Shown piece by piece: positions 9,687 through 19,389 of a DNA stretch of 64,000 nucleotides (positions within the stretch are counted from its first letter, which is position 1; each line of letters begins with the position of its first letter). A program made the translations under genes and the position numbers. A model generated the notes under the pieces. That model saw only the letters and a list, made by a program, of their open reading frames with translations, did no database searches and was not told where the DNA came from. The stretch is from an uncultured bacterium. GTDB taxonomy: Bacteria; Oederibacteriota; Oederibacteriia; Oederibacteriales; Oederibacteriaceae. Location: NCBI GenBank assembly GCA_965112635.1, contig OZ218778.1, forward strand, positions 2,304,001 to 2,368,000, in the 5' to 3' direction.

Positions 9687-11447
9687 TTACAGCTTTGGAG
9701 CTCCGTACTTTTTTTTCATCAGTTCCATGATGTTATCTCGCTCGGCAATTAATTTCCCCGTTTCTCGTTTGACCTCTGGAAAATCAAAACCTGTTCCAAG
9801 TAACTTTTCAAAATAGACCAGGGATAAAGCATGATTCCTGTGTGCCTTGGCGGTGAGTCCTAGCCTTTCCCACAAACAGGCTTTTAAAAATGGGTCAGGC
9901 ACCACTTCAGCCAGGCGCAAATATTTTTCTGTGGCCCCCTGAGTCTGGAAACACCGGAGTTGCGCATCCGCCTCCTTGATGGCCAGAGTATCTTGGACAA
10001 GGGATCGACCTCCATGTAATGGGATCATCCCGATAACAATCGGACTTGAACCAGAGTTATTGGGAAATGAACAAAACTCAACACCCTTTATCTTCCGGCG
10101 TAGCACTTCTGTCCGGCTCGGAATATTTAGATTGAATAAAAGGATGTTGGGTTTCTGTGTCTGGAATTCCCTTCTCCAATCTTCGGCAATGAATTCAACA
10201 GGCACTGAGGAAAACGGCTCAAACCCGGCGAAATAGACAGCCCTTCCCCTGTCCAGCAATCCTCCCGCCATTTTTCCTGCCTCATACTCGCTCAAATGGG
10301 TGGATTTAAAAAATTCATTTTGCAGAATGGACATATTGGACACAGCCATAAATACAACCAACCCTAGCCCAAGCAAAACCCTGGCCTTCCCCGCGCGGTC
10401 CATAACATAAATGAGGCCTAGCCCCGCAAGCATAAATAGAAAAGGCAATGAACCGTTCATTCTGCCCACAAACTCGCTTGCATCCGAACTGAGTAAGCCA
10501 GGCAGGCTAAAACAAACTAACCCTAAGAGAAGAACAGCATATTTAAATTCCCTGATTTTTATAAAGCAAAATATAATTCCCAAGAGAAAAAGGACAGCAG
10601 TGGCTTCATCAAAATAGGCCGCCTGATCTCCCCTGGGCCATAAATTCGCAAATAGCTTGAATAAATTTTGTCCCAGCAAACGGCCCCATTGCGGCTGGTT
10701 GAACAAACCAACATCCCTGAGCCTGTAGAAAAAATAACCCTGGTTATTGATAGCGTAAAGGATAAGCGGGACCAAAAGTATGGCCATAAGAACAAAAGCC
10801 GCTATGATCTTGGGCCAATGCTGGCCGGCCCAGGTTCGGTCATAGAAAAGACTGCCAACAGCAAATAAAAATACAAAAACCGGGAATACCCAAAATGCGG
10901 AGTAATTGTAACAACCCAGGCCCATGCCCAGACCCAAAAGAATGAAATGGAGCCAGCCAGGTTTTTGAAAAGATTTCCACAAAAAATATAAAGCCAGGGT
11001 TACCCAAAAAAAGTTGGCCCAGGCGAATTCCCCTGTCCTCTGCAGAAATACCGGCCACCATCCCACGGATAACAAAAAAGCGGTTGCTAAAGAAATATCC
11101 CGGCCAAATAGATTTTTCGAAAGAACAATCATGAATAAAAAGGTAACGCCTCCCATTAAAAGCGCGAAAACACGGAGGCTCTGGGGTTCGCAGGGAAACA
11201 CAAGGAACCACAATCCACAGAGGTAGTTGGTCACAGGCAATCGTCCGCCCCAGGGTAAAAAAACAGGCAGCCAATGACCCTGGCGTATCTGCCAGGCATC
11301 CATGGCCTGGGAGCCCTCATCTCCTACCGTGAAATGCAGGAAAAGATTCCATTGCCATAGCCGGAAAATGAGGAAAAAAAATATAATAAGAGGCCAAACC
11401 CAGTATCGGATTAAACTTTTATTATCTTTTAAAAATGTTTTCAGCAC
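9687..11447 (-). CDS. GT-C fold (GT39/ArnT-like) membrane glycosyltransferase, paralog 1
   Basis: Multi-TM, GDE motif in first loop, helical TPR-like tail; clear similarity to 17153-19075; start uncertain. Confidence 0.75.
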   Translation of the reverse strand: MLKTFLKDNKSLIRYWVWPLIIFFFLIFRLWQWNLFLHFTVGDEGSQAMDAWQIRQGHWLPVFLPWGGRLPVTNYLCGLWFLVFPCEPQSLRVFALLMGGVTFLFMIVLSKNLFGRDISLATAFLLSVGWWPVFLQRTGEFAWANFFWVTLALYFLWKSFQKPGWLHFILLGLGMGLGCYNYSAFWVFPVFVFLFAVGSLFYDRTWAGQHWPKIIAAFVLMAILLVPLILYAINNQGYFFYRLRDVGLFNQPQWGRLLGQNLFKLFANLWPRGDQAAYFDEATAVLFLLGIIFCFIKIREFKYAVLLLGLVCFSLPGLLSSDASEFVGRMNGSLPFLFMLAGLGLIYVMDRAGKARVLLGLGLVVFMAVSNMSILQNEFFKSTHLSEYEAGKMAGGLLDRGRAVYFAGFEPFSSVPVEFIAEDWRREFQTQKPNILLFNLNIPSRTEVLRRKIKGVEFCSFPNNSGSSPIVIGMIPLHGGRSLVQDTLAIKEADAQLRCFQTQGATEKYLRLAEVVPDPFLKACLWERLGLTAKAHRNHALSLVYFEKLLGTGFDFPEVKRETGKLIAERDNIMELMKKKYGAPKL

Positions 11448-12502
11448 CTGACCAGCTCATAGGACCTGGTTCCCAGGCCTATCCTCTCGCCGTGCTTGGT
11501 CTGAACCCGCGGGTCGATGGATTCATAGGCCAGCTGGTCCATCGGTTTGCCGCCGCGTTCCTCTATCATGGTGATAACAGCCTCGTCCACGGCAACGGGA
11601 TCGCTGGAAGCGAAAAGCCCCAGGTCCGTGACGATATTTTTCTTGGCCTGGGGCATGCAGTCGCAGTCTTTGGTGAAGTTCAGGCTGTAATTGATGAAAA
11701 AGCATTGCTTGTCCTTGACCACGCCCAAGGCATGCTCGGCCACGGACTCCTGGATAGTGATGGTGTCCATTTCCCAGTCGAAAAGGATGGCGTCAAAACC
11801 GCATTCCACCAGACATTCACCGCAGCCCAAACAGAGTTTTTCGTCGATATGGGCTTTTTTATCTTTCAAAGTGATGGCATCAGCCGGGCACCATTTATGG
11901 CAATGGCCGCACCCTTTGCATTTGGCCTGGTCGACCTGGGGTCTTAGACTGGAATGCTGGGCCAATTTGCCCTTGCGGGACGAAAGGCCCATTCCAAGAT
12001 TTTTAAGAGTCCCCCCGAAACCCAGGGCTATATGGCCCGTGGGATGGGAAACGGCCACAATGGCGTTGATACGCTTCAGCAGGCCGGCCACGGCCACCTT
12101 GAGCTTATCTGTAATTTTAACCTCGTGTTCGTAATCACCCTTGAGCCCGTCGGCCATGATGATGGGCATGCCCGTGGCCTCCAAGGTATAGCCGTGATCC
12201 TGGGCCAGAGTAATATGGCTGACAGCATCAGAACGACCACCTTTGTACAAGGTGCTGGTTTCCGTGAAAAAAGGCACGGCCCCGGCTTTTTTGATACGGC
12301 CGGATAAATATTTAAAAAAATAAGGAGGCACTACCTTTTCCCTGCTATGGCCCTCGCCAAAATGGGTCTTGACCGCCACATAATCTTTTTCCGGGATAAA
12401 TTTTTCAAAGTTAGCCGCGTCCAACAGGTCCTTGAGTCTACGCTCAATCTTATCGGGAGCGGCCTTTTCCTCCAAAGGCGCAAAAAATACTTTCGAAGCC
12501 AT
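11441..12502 (-). CDS. DUF362-domain Fe-S protein with 2x[4Fe-4S] ferredoxin insert
   Basis: VAVKTHFGE, LYKGGR, IMADGL, GGTLKNLGMG, CKGCGHCHKWCP, CLGCGECLVEC, DCDC, SSDPVAVD. Confidence 0.88.
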   Translation of the reverse strand: MASKVFFAPLEEKAAPDKIERRLKDLLDAANFEKFIPEKDYVAVKTHFGEGHSREKVVPPYFFKYLSGRIKKAGAVPFFTETSTLYKGGRSDAVSHITLAQDHGYTLEATGMPIIMADGLKGDYEHEVKITDKLKVAVAGLLKRINAIVAVSHPTGHIALGFGGTLKNLGMGLSSRKGKLAQHSSLRPQVDQAKCKGCGHCHKWCPADAITLKDKKAHIDEKLCLGCGECLVECGFDAILFDWEMDTITIQESVAEHALGVVKDKQCFFINYSLNFTKDCDCMPQAKKNIVTDLGLFASSDPVAVDEAVITMIEERGGKPMDQLAYESIDPRVQTKHGERIGLGTRSYELVRC

Positions 12503-12514
12503 ATTTTCTCCTTT

Positions 12515-13792
12515 CTAACTATTTTCTTTCAGGGTCCAGGCCAGCGCTGTGGCCACGCACAGGGTCAATGCCAGGACCAGTAAACCGCTGGTAAAGCTAT
12601 GTGTAAGTTCTTTGACCAATCCAATGATATTGGGGCCTACAAACCCGCCCACATTGCCCACGGAATTTATCAGGGCTATGCCGCCAGCCGCCGCGGCGCC
12701 GGTCAGGAACACCGTGGGTTCATACCAGAACGGGCCCATCGTGCCCCAGATGCCCGTCGCAGTCACGCAAAGGCTGGCGAAAGCGAGCCAGGGATGATTG
12801 GCCATGGCCCAGGCGCCCACGACCAAACCCAAAGCAGCCGCGGAAGTGCAAACCACCAAATGCAAGCGCCTTTCACCTGTCCGGTCCGAATGCCGGCCGA
12901 TAAGCACCATGCCGATGGACGCCGCCAAAAAAGGGACCGCCGCCAGGATATTCACCCAGGTGGTGGTAAACCCGGAGAAACTCTTGATGATCTGCGGCAG
13001 CCAGAACGAAACCCCGTAAAAACTTATGATAATGGCAAAGTACAAAAAGCACAACTGCCATACTTTGGGATGGGTCAGGGCCTGCCAAAGGCTGTAATGG
13101 TGTTCCCTGGCCACGGCCTGATGTTCTTTATCCAATCTTGCTTCCAGCCAGCGTCCCTCCTGGGGAGTCAGCCATTTGGCCTGGGTGGGCCGGTCTTTAA
13201 GGTATATTAGCGTCATGATTCCCAAAATCACGGAGGGAATGCCTTCGGTCAGAAAAAGCCATTGCCATCCCCGTATACCCCCAAAGCCATCCATCTTGAG
13301 AATTGCCGCCGATAAAGGGCCTCCTATGACGCCTGCCAAAGAAGTGGAAGTCAAAAAGGTGGCGAACACCCTGGCCCTTTCTTTGGGAGGAATCCAAAAG
13401 GTCAGGTAGTAAAGCATGCCCGGGAAAAAACCGGCCTCGGCCACGCCCAGGATAAATCGCAGCAGATAAAAGCTAAAGGGTGTTTTGACGAAAAGCATGC
13501 AGGTGGAGATGATGCCCCAGGTCAGCATGATCCTGGCCATCCATAACCTGGCCCCGACTTTTTGCAGGATAAGGTTGCTGGGTATTTCGAACATCACATA
13601 GCCCACGAAGAACATGCTTGCCCCAAACCCGTAGACCGCGTCCCCAAAGCCCAGGTCCAACCGCATGTCCATGGCCGCGAAACTGATGTTGAACCGGTCC
13701 AGGTAATTAAAGATGTAACAAAGGAATAAATAAGGGACCAGGCGGCTGCTGACTTTGGCTATGATCTTTTGTTCATTCAATGTGTGAGCCAT
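12515..13792 (-). CDS. MFS transporter, anion:cation symporter (TtuB-like) family
   Basis: YLDRFNISFA, FEIPSN, LGVAEAGFFPG, GWQWLF.EGIP, SDRTGERR, INSVGNVGGF. Confidence 0.9.
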   Translation of the reverse strand: MAHTLNEQKIIAKVSSRLVPYLFLCYIFNYLDRFNISFAAMDMRLDLGFGDAVYGFGASMFFVGYVMFEIPSNLILQKVGARLWMARIMLTWGIISTCMLFVKTPFSFYLLRFILGVAEAGFFPGMLYYLTFWIPPKERARVFATFLTSTSLAGVIGGPLSAAILKMDGFGGIRGWQWLFLTEGIPSVILGIMTLIYLKDRPTQAKWLTPQEGRWLEARLDKEHQAVAREHHYSLWQALTHPKVWQLCFLYFAIIISFYGVSFWLPQIIKSFSGFTTTWVNILAAVPFLAASIGMVLIGRHSDRTGERRLHLVVCTSAAALGLVVGAWAMANHPWLAFASLCVTATGIWGTMGPFWYEPTVFLTGAAAAGGIALINSVGNVGGFVGPNIIGLVKELTHSFTSGLLVLALTLCVATALAWTLKENS

Positions 13793-13794
13793 AA

Positions 13795-14106
13795 CTATAC
13801 CTCTTGGTCAAAATGATGCTCGCCATCAGGGGACTTGGGGACCTGGTGAGCAGGATGGATGGAGTAAAGGTCGCTCCGTGCTTTCTTCTGTTTTATCAAA
13901 ATACCCTTTTCCTCTAGTTTTTTCAGGTCGGCCAGAACCTCGGCTAAGGGCGCTTTGACCTCAGCGGCGATATCCTCTGCTGTCACTTTCTTTCGTCTGT
14001 GGATCAAGGGAACAAAGGGGTGGCGCAGGTTGGGCTCAATGCTCCGAAAAGACCTGCCGCTTGAAGGACTTACCGGAGCTATGTCGTCTAATTCATTGTC
14101 TGGCAT
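13795..14106 (-). CDS. small winged-helix DNA-binding-like protein
   Basis: TAEDIAAEVKAPLAEVLADLKKLEEKGIL...YSI wHTH pattern; start set at ATG 14106 (AGGA upstream), track start 14184. Confidence 0.55.
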   Translation of the reverse strand: MPDNELDDIAPVSPSSGRSFRSIEPNLRHPFVPLIHRRKKVTAEDIAAEVKAPLAEVLADLKKLEEKGILIKQKKARSDLYSIHPAHQVPKSPDGEHHFDQEV

Positions 14107-14143
14107 GAATTCCTGCCTTTGTTCAATTTTTTTTTGCAGGGTT

Positions 14144-14797
14144 TTAAAAACTTCCGCTGTGGGGCTGTTCGCAAGCGTTAGCATTCCAGGTGCCGCTGAT
14201 AAAATAAGAGATGGGGGTCAGGGTCCCGGAAAAGCTGTACTGCAGGCCCCCGGTCATTTCGCAGCTGTCGTTATACTTGCCCCCCTCGCAGGAATAGCTG
14301 CCCCGCAAGCCCCAGCTCCAGTTGCCCGAGGTGGAAACATTGATGGCGGTCCCGTTGAAATTTTGCGCTCCATTGCCGCTAAGATGCAGATTACCGCTGG
14401 CCGTGTAATCCATTCCCTTGTAATTGATGCGCAGGTTGGAAATAAGGATATCTATTTCCGCCGCCAGGATGCGGTATTTGTCCGACGCCCCGGCCGCGTA
14501 TTGCCCCCTGATGCTGGCGTTCCCTCCCGCGGGGAAATTGTAGGAGTAGTTCGCGGTAGGCTGGCTGGAACCCATTCCAGAATTTTGCAGGACATCCTGT
14601 CCCCAGCCGGTCAAAGCCAGGGCGACCTGGTCCATGAAAGGCCCGGCCAGTTCGGACTTGGCCAGCGGAGCGGACAAGTCCGGAGTTGCGGAAGATTTTA
14701 TCCCGCTGTTGGCAACTGTCCCGCATCCAAAGGTATTACCAAGGACAAACCCGGCCATTAAGGAAACGGTGAACAATTTAACAATACGAACAGCCAT
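14144..14797 (-). CDS. hypothetical lipoprotein, G/S/N/Y-rich
   Basis: GGAGG RBS before ATG 14797; signal peptide ending in lipobox-like TFGC; no family recognised. Confidence 0.6.
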   Translation of the reverse strand: MAVRIVKLFTVSLMAGFVLGNTFGCGTVANSGIKSSATPDLSAPLAKSELAGPFMDQVALALTGWGQDVLQNSGMGSSQPTANYSYNFPAGGNASIRGQYAAGASDKYRILAAEIDILISNLRINYKGMDYTASGNLHLSGNGAQNFNGTAINVSTSGNWSWGLRGSYSCEGGKYNDSCEMTGGLQYSFSGTLTPISYFISGTWNANACEQPHSGSF

Positions 14798-14880
14798 GAG
14801 ACTCCTCCACAAAAAACATATTTAGCGAGATGATAATTTAACATTATCCATAATAGGAACAAAAAAGCTAGAATATCCCC

Positions 14881-16002
14881 ATGACTACCAAACCAAGTGT
14901 TTTTCAACCTTCTTTCAGACCCTGGTCTATACCAAAACCGGATAAAGCCGTGGCGGTCCTCATGAGCGGCGGGGTGGACAGCAGTGTTACGGCCCTGGAC
15001 TTGATGGAACAGGGCTGGGATGTGGCCGGATTTACCATGAAAATCCCAATGTCCGACAACTGCAATCCTTTCCGGCATTGCTGCGGGGACGAAGCGGCCC
15101 AAGTCTGCCGGCATCTGGGCATTCCGCATTACCAGGTGGACACCCTGGCCTTGTTCCAAAAAAAAGTCATCGACCCTTTCCGGCGTTCTTACCTGCAGGG
15201 CGCCACGGCCAGTCCCTGCGTGGACTGCAATACGCAGCTAAAATTTAAAACTGTCTGGGATTTGATCGAGCAAGAGTTCCATGTCCAGCATCTGGCCACC
15301 GGCCACTATGCCACCGTGCTGGTCCATCAAGGGAATTACTTTCTTGGCCAGGCCAAAGATAAGACCCGCGACCAAAGTTATTTCCTGTACGGCATACCCC
15401 GCCAGCGTCTGAAGCAGGTTTTCTTCCCTCTGGGAGACCTGTCCAAAACCAAAGTGCGCGAAGTCGCCCGCAAGTACAACCTGCACGTGGCGGAAAAACC
15501 CGACAGCCAGGACTTGTGTTTTGTCGCCGAGGAGGATTACCAAAAAGTTTTCGCGGGCAGGGACAAGCCCGGGCCAGGACCTATCTTTAACCTGCAGGGC
15601 CAGCAAATGGGCATCCACAAAGGCATCCACCACTACACCCTGGGACAGCGCAGCGGCCTGGGCATTTCTTCCAAGGTACCGGTCTATGTGTTGAAGATCG
15701 ACCCCATCAAAAATACGGTCTTGGTGGGGACACGGGAACAGGCCTACACGGACTTCGTTGAAGTTAAAAAAATCAATGTGCTCATACCGGACCAGTTCAC
15801 CGCAGGCGCCCGTCTATGGGCAAAAATCCGTTCTCAAGGCCAGCCCCAGGCTTGCGCGATCACCTCTAGCTCCCCTGCTACTTTTAAGGTCAGTTTTGAC
15901 CAGCCTGTTTTCGCGCCCACACCCGGTCAGCATCTAGTCCTTTATAACGAGGACGGATATATAGTCGGAGGTGGTTGTATCAAAAAGGGACTGGTAATTT
16001 AG
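14881..16002 (+). CDS. mnmA: tRNA 2-thiouridine(34) synthase
   Basis: MSGGVDS, PCVDCN, ATGHY, DQSYFL, DSQDLCF, TLGQR, PGQ motifs. Confidence 0.92.
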   Translation: MTTKPSVFQPSFRPWSIPKPDKAVAVLMSGGVDSSVTALDLMEQGWDVAGFTMKIPMSDNCNPFRHCCGDEAAQVCRHLGIPHYQVDTLALFQKKVIDPFRRSYLQGATASPCVDCNTQLKFKTVWDLIEQEFHVQHLATGHYATVLVHQGNYFLGQAKDKTRDQSYFLYGIPRQRLKQVFFPLGDLSKTKVREVARKYNLHVAEKPDSQDLCFVAEEDYQKVFAGRDKPGPGPIFNLQGQQMGIHKGIHHYTLGQRSGLGISSKVPVYVLKIDPIKNTVLVGTREQAYTDFVEVKKINVLIPDQFTAGARLWAKIRSQGQPQACAITSSSPATFKVSFDQPVFAPTPGQHLVLYNEDGYIVGGGCIKKGLVI

Positions 16003-17156
16003 AAAGCAGGATCGAAAATACTGGTTTTCTTCGCTTTAAATCCAAAATACTTCATCACCCCTGCGGCGATCCGCTCGCTGGCCCTGCCATCCCCATAGGG
16101 ATTTACGGCCTGGGCCATTTTAAGATAAACGCGGTAGTTGACCAAAAGCGTCTTGGCTGATCTGTAGATCTTTTCCTCCTGGGTGCCCACCAGCTTGACT
16201 GTTCCGGCTTTGACCGCCTCCGGTCTTTCCGTGACCTCTCGCAGCACCAAAACGGGCTTGGCCAGGCTGGGCGCCTCCTCCTGGATGCCTCCCGAATCGG
16301 TCAGAAGCAGGCAAGACCTGTCCATCAGCGTCACGAACTCCAGGTAGGACAAAGGCTTCAACAAAAGGACATTGGACAGACCGCCCAATGATTGGTTGAT
16401 GGATCTTTGCACCTGCGGGTTCAAATGCACGGGCAGGACGATCAAAACTTTGGGGAACTCCCGTGCGAGCTTTTTAATAGCGCGGCAAATAGACCGCAAG
16501 GGAGCGCCCCAATTTTCCCTGCGATGGGCGGTGACGGTGACCACCTTGCCCCAATGGCTGTAGACACGCTGTAAAGAACTGAACCTTTGCCGTCTGGCCA
16601 GGGCAACGGCCTGTTGAAGGGCGTCGATGACCGTATTGCCTGTCACAAAAACTTTTTCCTTGGCTACTCCCTCTTGGAGCAGGTTCGCGCGGGAGAGTTT
16701 GGTCGGCGCGAAATGAAGATCCGCGATGAGTGTGGTGATGCGGCGGTTGATCTCCTCCGGATAGGGCTGGTATTTATCGCTGGTCCGCAAGCCCGCTTCG
16801 ACATGGCCTACGGGGATGCGCTGGTAAAAAGCCGCCAAACTTCCGGCCATGGTGGTGGTCGTATCCCCCTGGACAAGGACCAATTGGGGCTTTTCTTTGC
16901 GGAAAACCGCTTCCAAGGAGGACAAGAGCCTACTGTTCAACTGAGCCAAAGTTTGAGCAGGCCTCATCAGGTTAAGGTCATAGTCGGTTTTGATCTTGAA
17001 CACACCCAAAACCTGGTCCAGCATTTCCCGGTGCTGGGCGGTCACCACGACCTTTACTTGGAGCTTGGCGCGGTATTTTTCCAATTCTTTGATGACCGGG
17101 GCCATTTTGATGGCCTCGGGCCTGGTGCCGAACAAGACGATTATTTTCCGCTTCAC
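15999..17156 (-). CDS. wecB: UDP-N-acetylglucosamine 2-epimerase (non-hydrolysing)
   Basis: GTRPEAIK, QGDT, HVEAGLR, HRREN, TDSGGIQEE, NPYGDG; start at GTG 17156 overlapping upstream TGA. Confidence 0.95.
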   Translation of the reverse strand: MKRKIIVLFGTRPEAIKMAPVIKELEKYRAKLQVKVVVTAQHREMLDQVLGVFKIKTDYDLNLMRPAQTLAQLNSRLLSSLEAVFRKEKPQLVLVQGDTTTTMAGSLAAFYQRIPVGHVEAGLRTSDKYQPYPEEINRRITTLIADLHFAPTKLSRANLLQEGVAKEKVFVTGNTVIDALQQAVALARRQRFSSLQRVYSHWGKVVTVTAHRRENWGAPLRSICRAIKKLAREFPKVLIVLPVHLNPQVQRSINQSLGGLSNVLLLKPLSYLEFVTLMDRSCLLLTDSGGIQEEAPSLAKPVLVLREVTERPEAVKAGTVKLVGTQEEKIYRSAKTLLVNYRVYLKMAQAVNPYGDGRASERIAAGVMKYFGFKAKKTSIFDPAF

Positions 17157-19075
17157 CGGGATCTCTCCTGTTCTGACAGGTCCGGAAAGATCTTGCTGTC
17201 CCATATCGCTTTCAAAAGATAGCCTCTCATCTGAACATCAGGAAAGTCAAAACCCATTTTCAAGATTCTTCCGTAATATTCCATGGCCGACTTGGTTTTG
17301 TGTTCGCTGACCGCCATCTGCGCCAGCCGCTCCAAGACGCTGGCTTCCAGCAACGGGCACAAACGCATTTGTAATAATCCTTCATAATAAGAACGGGCCT
17401 TGCCGCGGTCAAAATTTAAAAGGAACGCGTCGGCCTCGTTGAGCTCTTTTAACCTTGGCGCCAAAATACCATTCTTTTCAGCCGGCAACCAGGCCAGCAT
17501 CACCGTTGATTGCTGATTTGATGCCGGGAAACGGACAAATTTTATCCCAGATAGCTTCTGACGCAAAACCGCCTCGCGTGAAGCAAAGGACACTCTAAAT
17601 ATTACATCCCTGGCGGCTTCCTTGGAGGCCCCGGGCGAACTTGTTGAAGAGGAAACAATATAGTTTTCCCAGACTGAATCAAATGGGTCAAAGCCGTTAA
17701 AATAGGCAGCCCTCCCCTTCTGGCCCAGCCGGGAGATGAACTCCCCTGCCTGTTGGGCTGGTCTGGCGTCAAGAAAACCCGTTGAAGCCGGGTCTGTGAC
17801 CGCCATGTCCAAATAACCAAGATTGGACAGGACCACTAAAACTGCTAATAAGATCATTAAGGCCGGGAATTTGACCTTGGAAAAGAACCAGGTAAATCCC
17901 AATCCCGCCGTGATAAAAACCAAAGGCATCATTCCATCCAAACGGAATATGGAGGTGCTGTTGGTGCTCAACAACCCTGGCAGGCAAAAAACAACCAACC
18001 CCAGGAGCAAGGTCGCATACGACAGCTTCTTTATATTCTTCAGGCAAAGAACGATGCCCATCAGGAAGAATATGGAGGTGACCTGGTCCAGGAAACTAAG
18101 GGTTATCCAGTCTGAAAAGAAAGAAGCCGCCAGCCTGAATAAATTACCCGCCAAATAAAGCGGGATATTTTTAGCGCTGGACAGGGACGAGTCGTTAAGC
18201 CTTAGAAAGAAAAAATGGGGCTCCCTGATGGCATAGAAAATCAGAGGGCTGATGAGAACAAGGGATAATAAAATACTGAAAGAAAGTTTAATGAAATGAT
18301 CGGGCCAAAATCTCTTGTCCAAATATTGAGCCCAGAAAAAATACAAAACGATGAAGATAAAGATGGCCCAAAATGCGGTGTAACTGTAAAAACCCAGGCC
18401 CAGGCTTATCCCCAGCAGGACAAATTGGGACCAATGATGTTTGGTGAATGCTTTGGCCAGAAAATAGAGGCTGATGGTCACGAACAAAGGGCAGCAAACC
18501 GAGTAAATGGCAATGGTGCTGAATAGCGCCGGCCACCATCCGCAGGCCATAAAAAAAGCCGTTCCCAAAGCAACCGGCCAGCCGAACAACTGCTTGGCCA
18601 GGAACAGGCAGGTTACAAAAAACAAAAAACCGAATTTCATGGAGGTAAATCTGAGGATGGCAAAGTCGGGGGAAGTTATTCTTTCATAAAAAGCGGCCAG
18701 ATAATGATACAAAGGCACCCGGCCGCCCCAGGGCAAGAACACAGGCAGATAGCCGTGGTTGCGGCTGATCTCCAGAGAATCCCACCCTTCCATACTTTCA
18801 TCGCCGTAAGGAAAGGACAGGTAATATTTAAACCGGTATAGCCGAACCAGGAAAAATATGGCCAATACCGCGAACCACATCCAGCCTTGGCGCGGCCATG
18901 AGGGATTGAGGCCTTCTGATGGGCCGGCAGAACGCCAAACAAGCCAAACACCCAGCCCAAAAGAGATCAAAGCCGCGCTGACCCAGGCGCTTTGGCCAAA
19001 ACTTTGGGCTAGACAAACAAAGGCCTGTCCTAAAACAAGGAATAAAAGGGCGGACAATACACGGGTGCGGCTCAA
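17153..19075 (-). CDS. GT-C fold (GT39/ArnT-like) membrane glycosyltransferase, paralog 2
   Basis: Multi-TM, GDE loop motif, LPVFLPWGGR and GWWP shared with 9687-11447, TPR-like tail. Confidence 0.75.
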   Translation of the reverse strand: MSRTRVLSALLFLVLGQAFVCLAQSFGQSAWVSAALISFGLGVWLVWRSAGPSEGLNPSWPRQGWMWFAVLAIFFLVRLYRFKYYLSFPYGDESMEGWDSLEISRNHGYLPVFLPWGGRVPLYHYLAAFYERITSPDFAILRFTSMKFGFLFFVTCLFLAKQLFGWPVALGTAFFMACGWWPALFSTIAIYSVCCPLFVTISLYFLAKAFTKHHWSQFVLLGISLGLGFYSYTAFWAIFIFIVLYFFWAQYLDKRFWPDHFIKLSFSILLSLVLISPLIFYAIREPHFFFLRLNDSSLSSAKNIPLYLAGNLFRLAASFFSDWITLSFLDQVTSIFFLMGIVLCLKNIKKLSYATLLLGLVVFCLPGLLSTNSTSIFRLDGMMPLVFITAGLGFTWFFSKVKFPALMILLAVLVVLSNLGYLDMAVTDPASTGFLDARPAQQAGEFISRLGQKGRAAYFNGFDPFDSVWENYIVSSSTSSPGASKEAARDVIFRVSFASREAVLRQKLSGIKFVRFPASNQQSTVMLAWLPAEKNGILAPRLKELNEADAFLLNFDRGKARSYYEGLLQMRLCPLLEASVLERLAQMAVSEHKTKSAMEYYGRILKMGFDFPDVQMRGYLLKAIWDSKIFPDLSEQERSR

Positions 19076-19365
19076 GATATAATGGTCCCCTTTTTACCTT
19101 CCTCAACATAGTTCATTTCAAGTTCAAAAATGGCTTTATTGATAAAATCGCTTTCTCTCTCCGAAAGGTTCCCCGAGCTTTTTCCCCTGAGCATCCGGAC
19201 CATATCGATGGTCAAGCGCGCTTGCTCCAAGTCCCGCTGGACCTCCCCGGTGAGGGGATTGGGAACCTTGCCCAATTGCATATACGCGGCGCTCTGCAAA
19301 GAAACCACCAGGCTTAAAAACATCTCCTTAAAGTGTTCTTTTTCATCTTTTGTCTCTTCTAGCAT
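19072..19365 (-). CDS. DUF1844-family protein
   Basis: LG..PNPLTG....DLEQAR.TID...L..K..GNLS..E pattern. Confidence 0.85.
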   Translation of the reverse strand: MLEETKDEKEHFKEMFLSLVVSLQSAAYMQLGKVPNPLTGEVQRDLEQARLTIDMVRMLRGKSSGNLSERESDFINKAIFELEMNYVEEGKKGTIIS

Positions 19366-19389
19366 AGATACCCTCCTTGACAGGAAAAA

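Noticed and set aside
13955-14761. 268-aa plus-strand ORF
   Set aside because: Antisense to the lipoprotein and wHTH genes, which have an RBS and recognisable signals; no motif of its own
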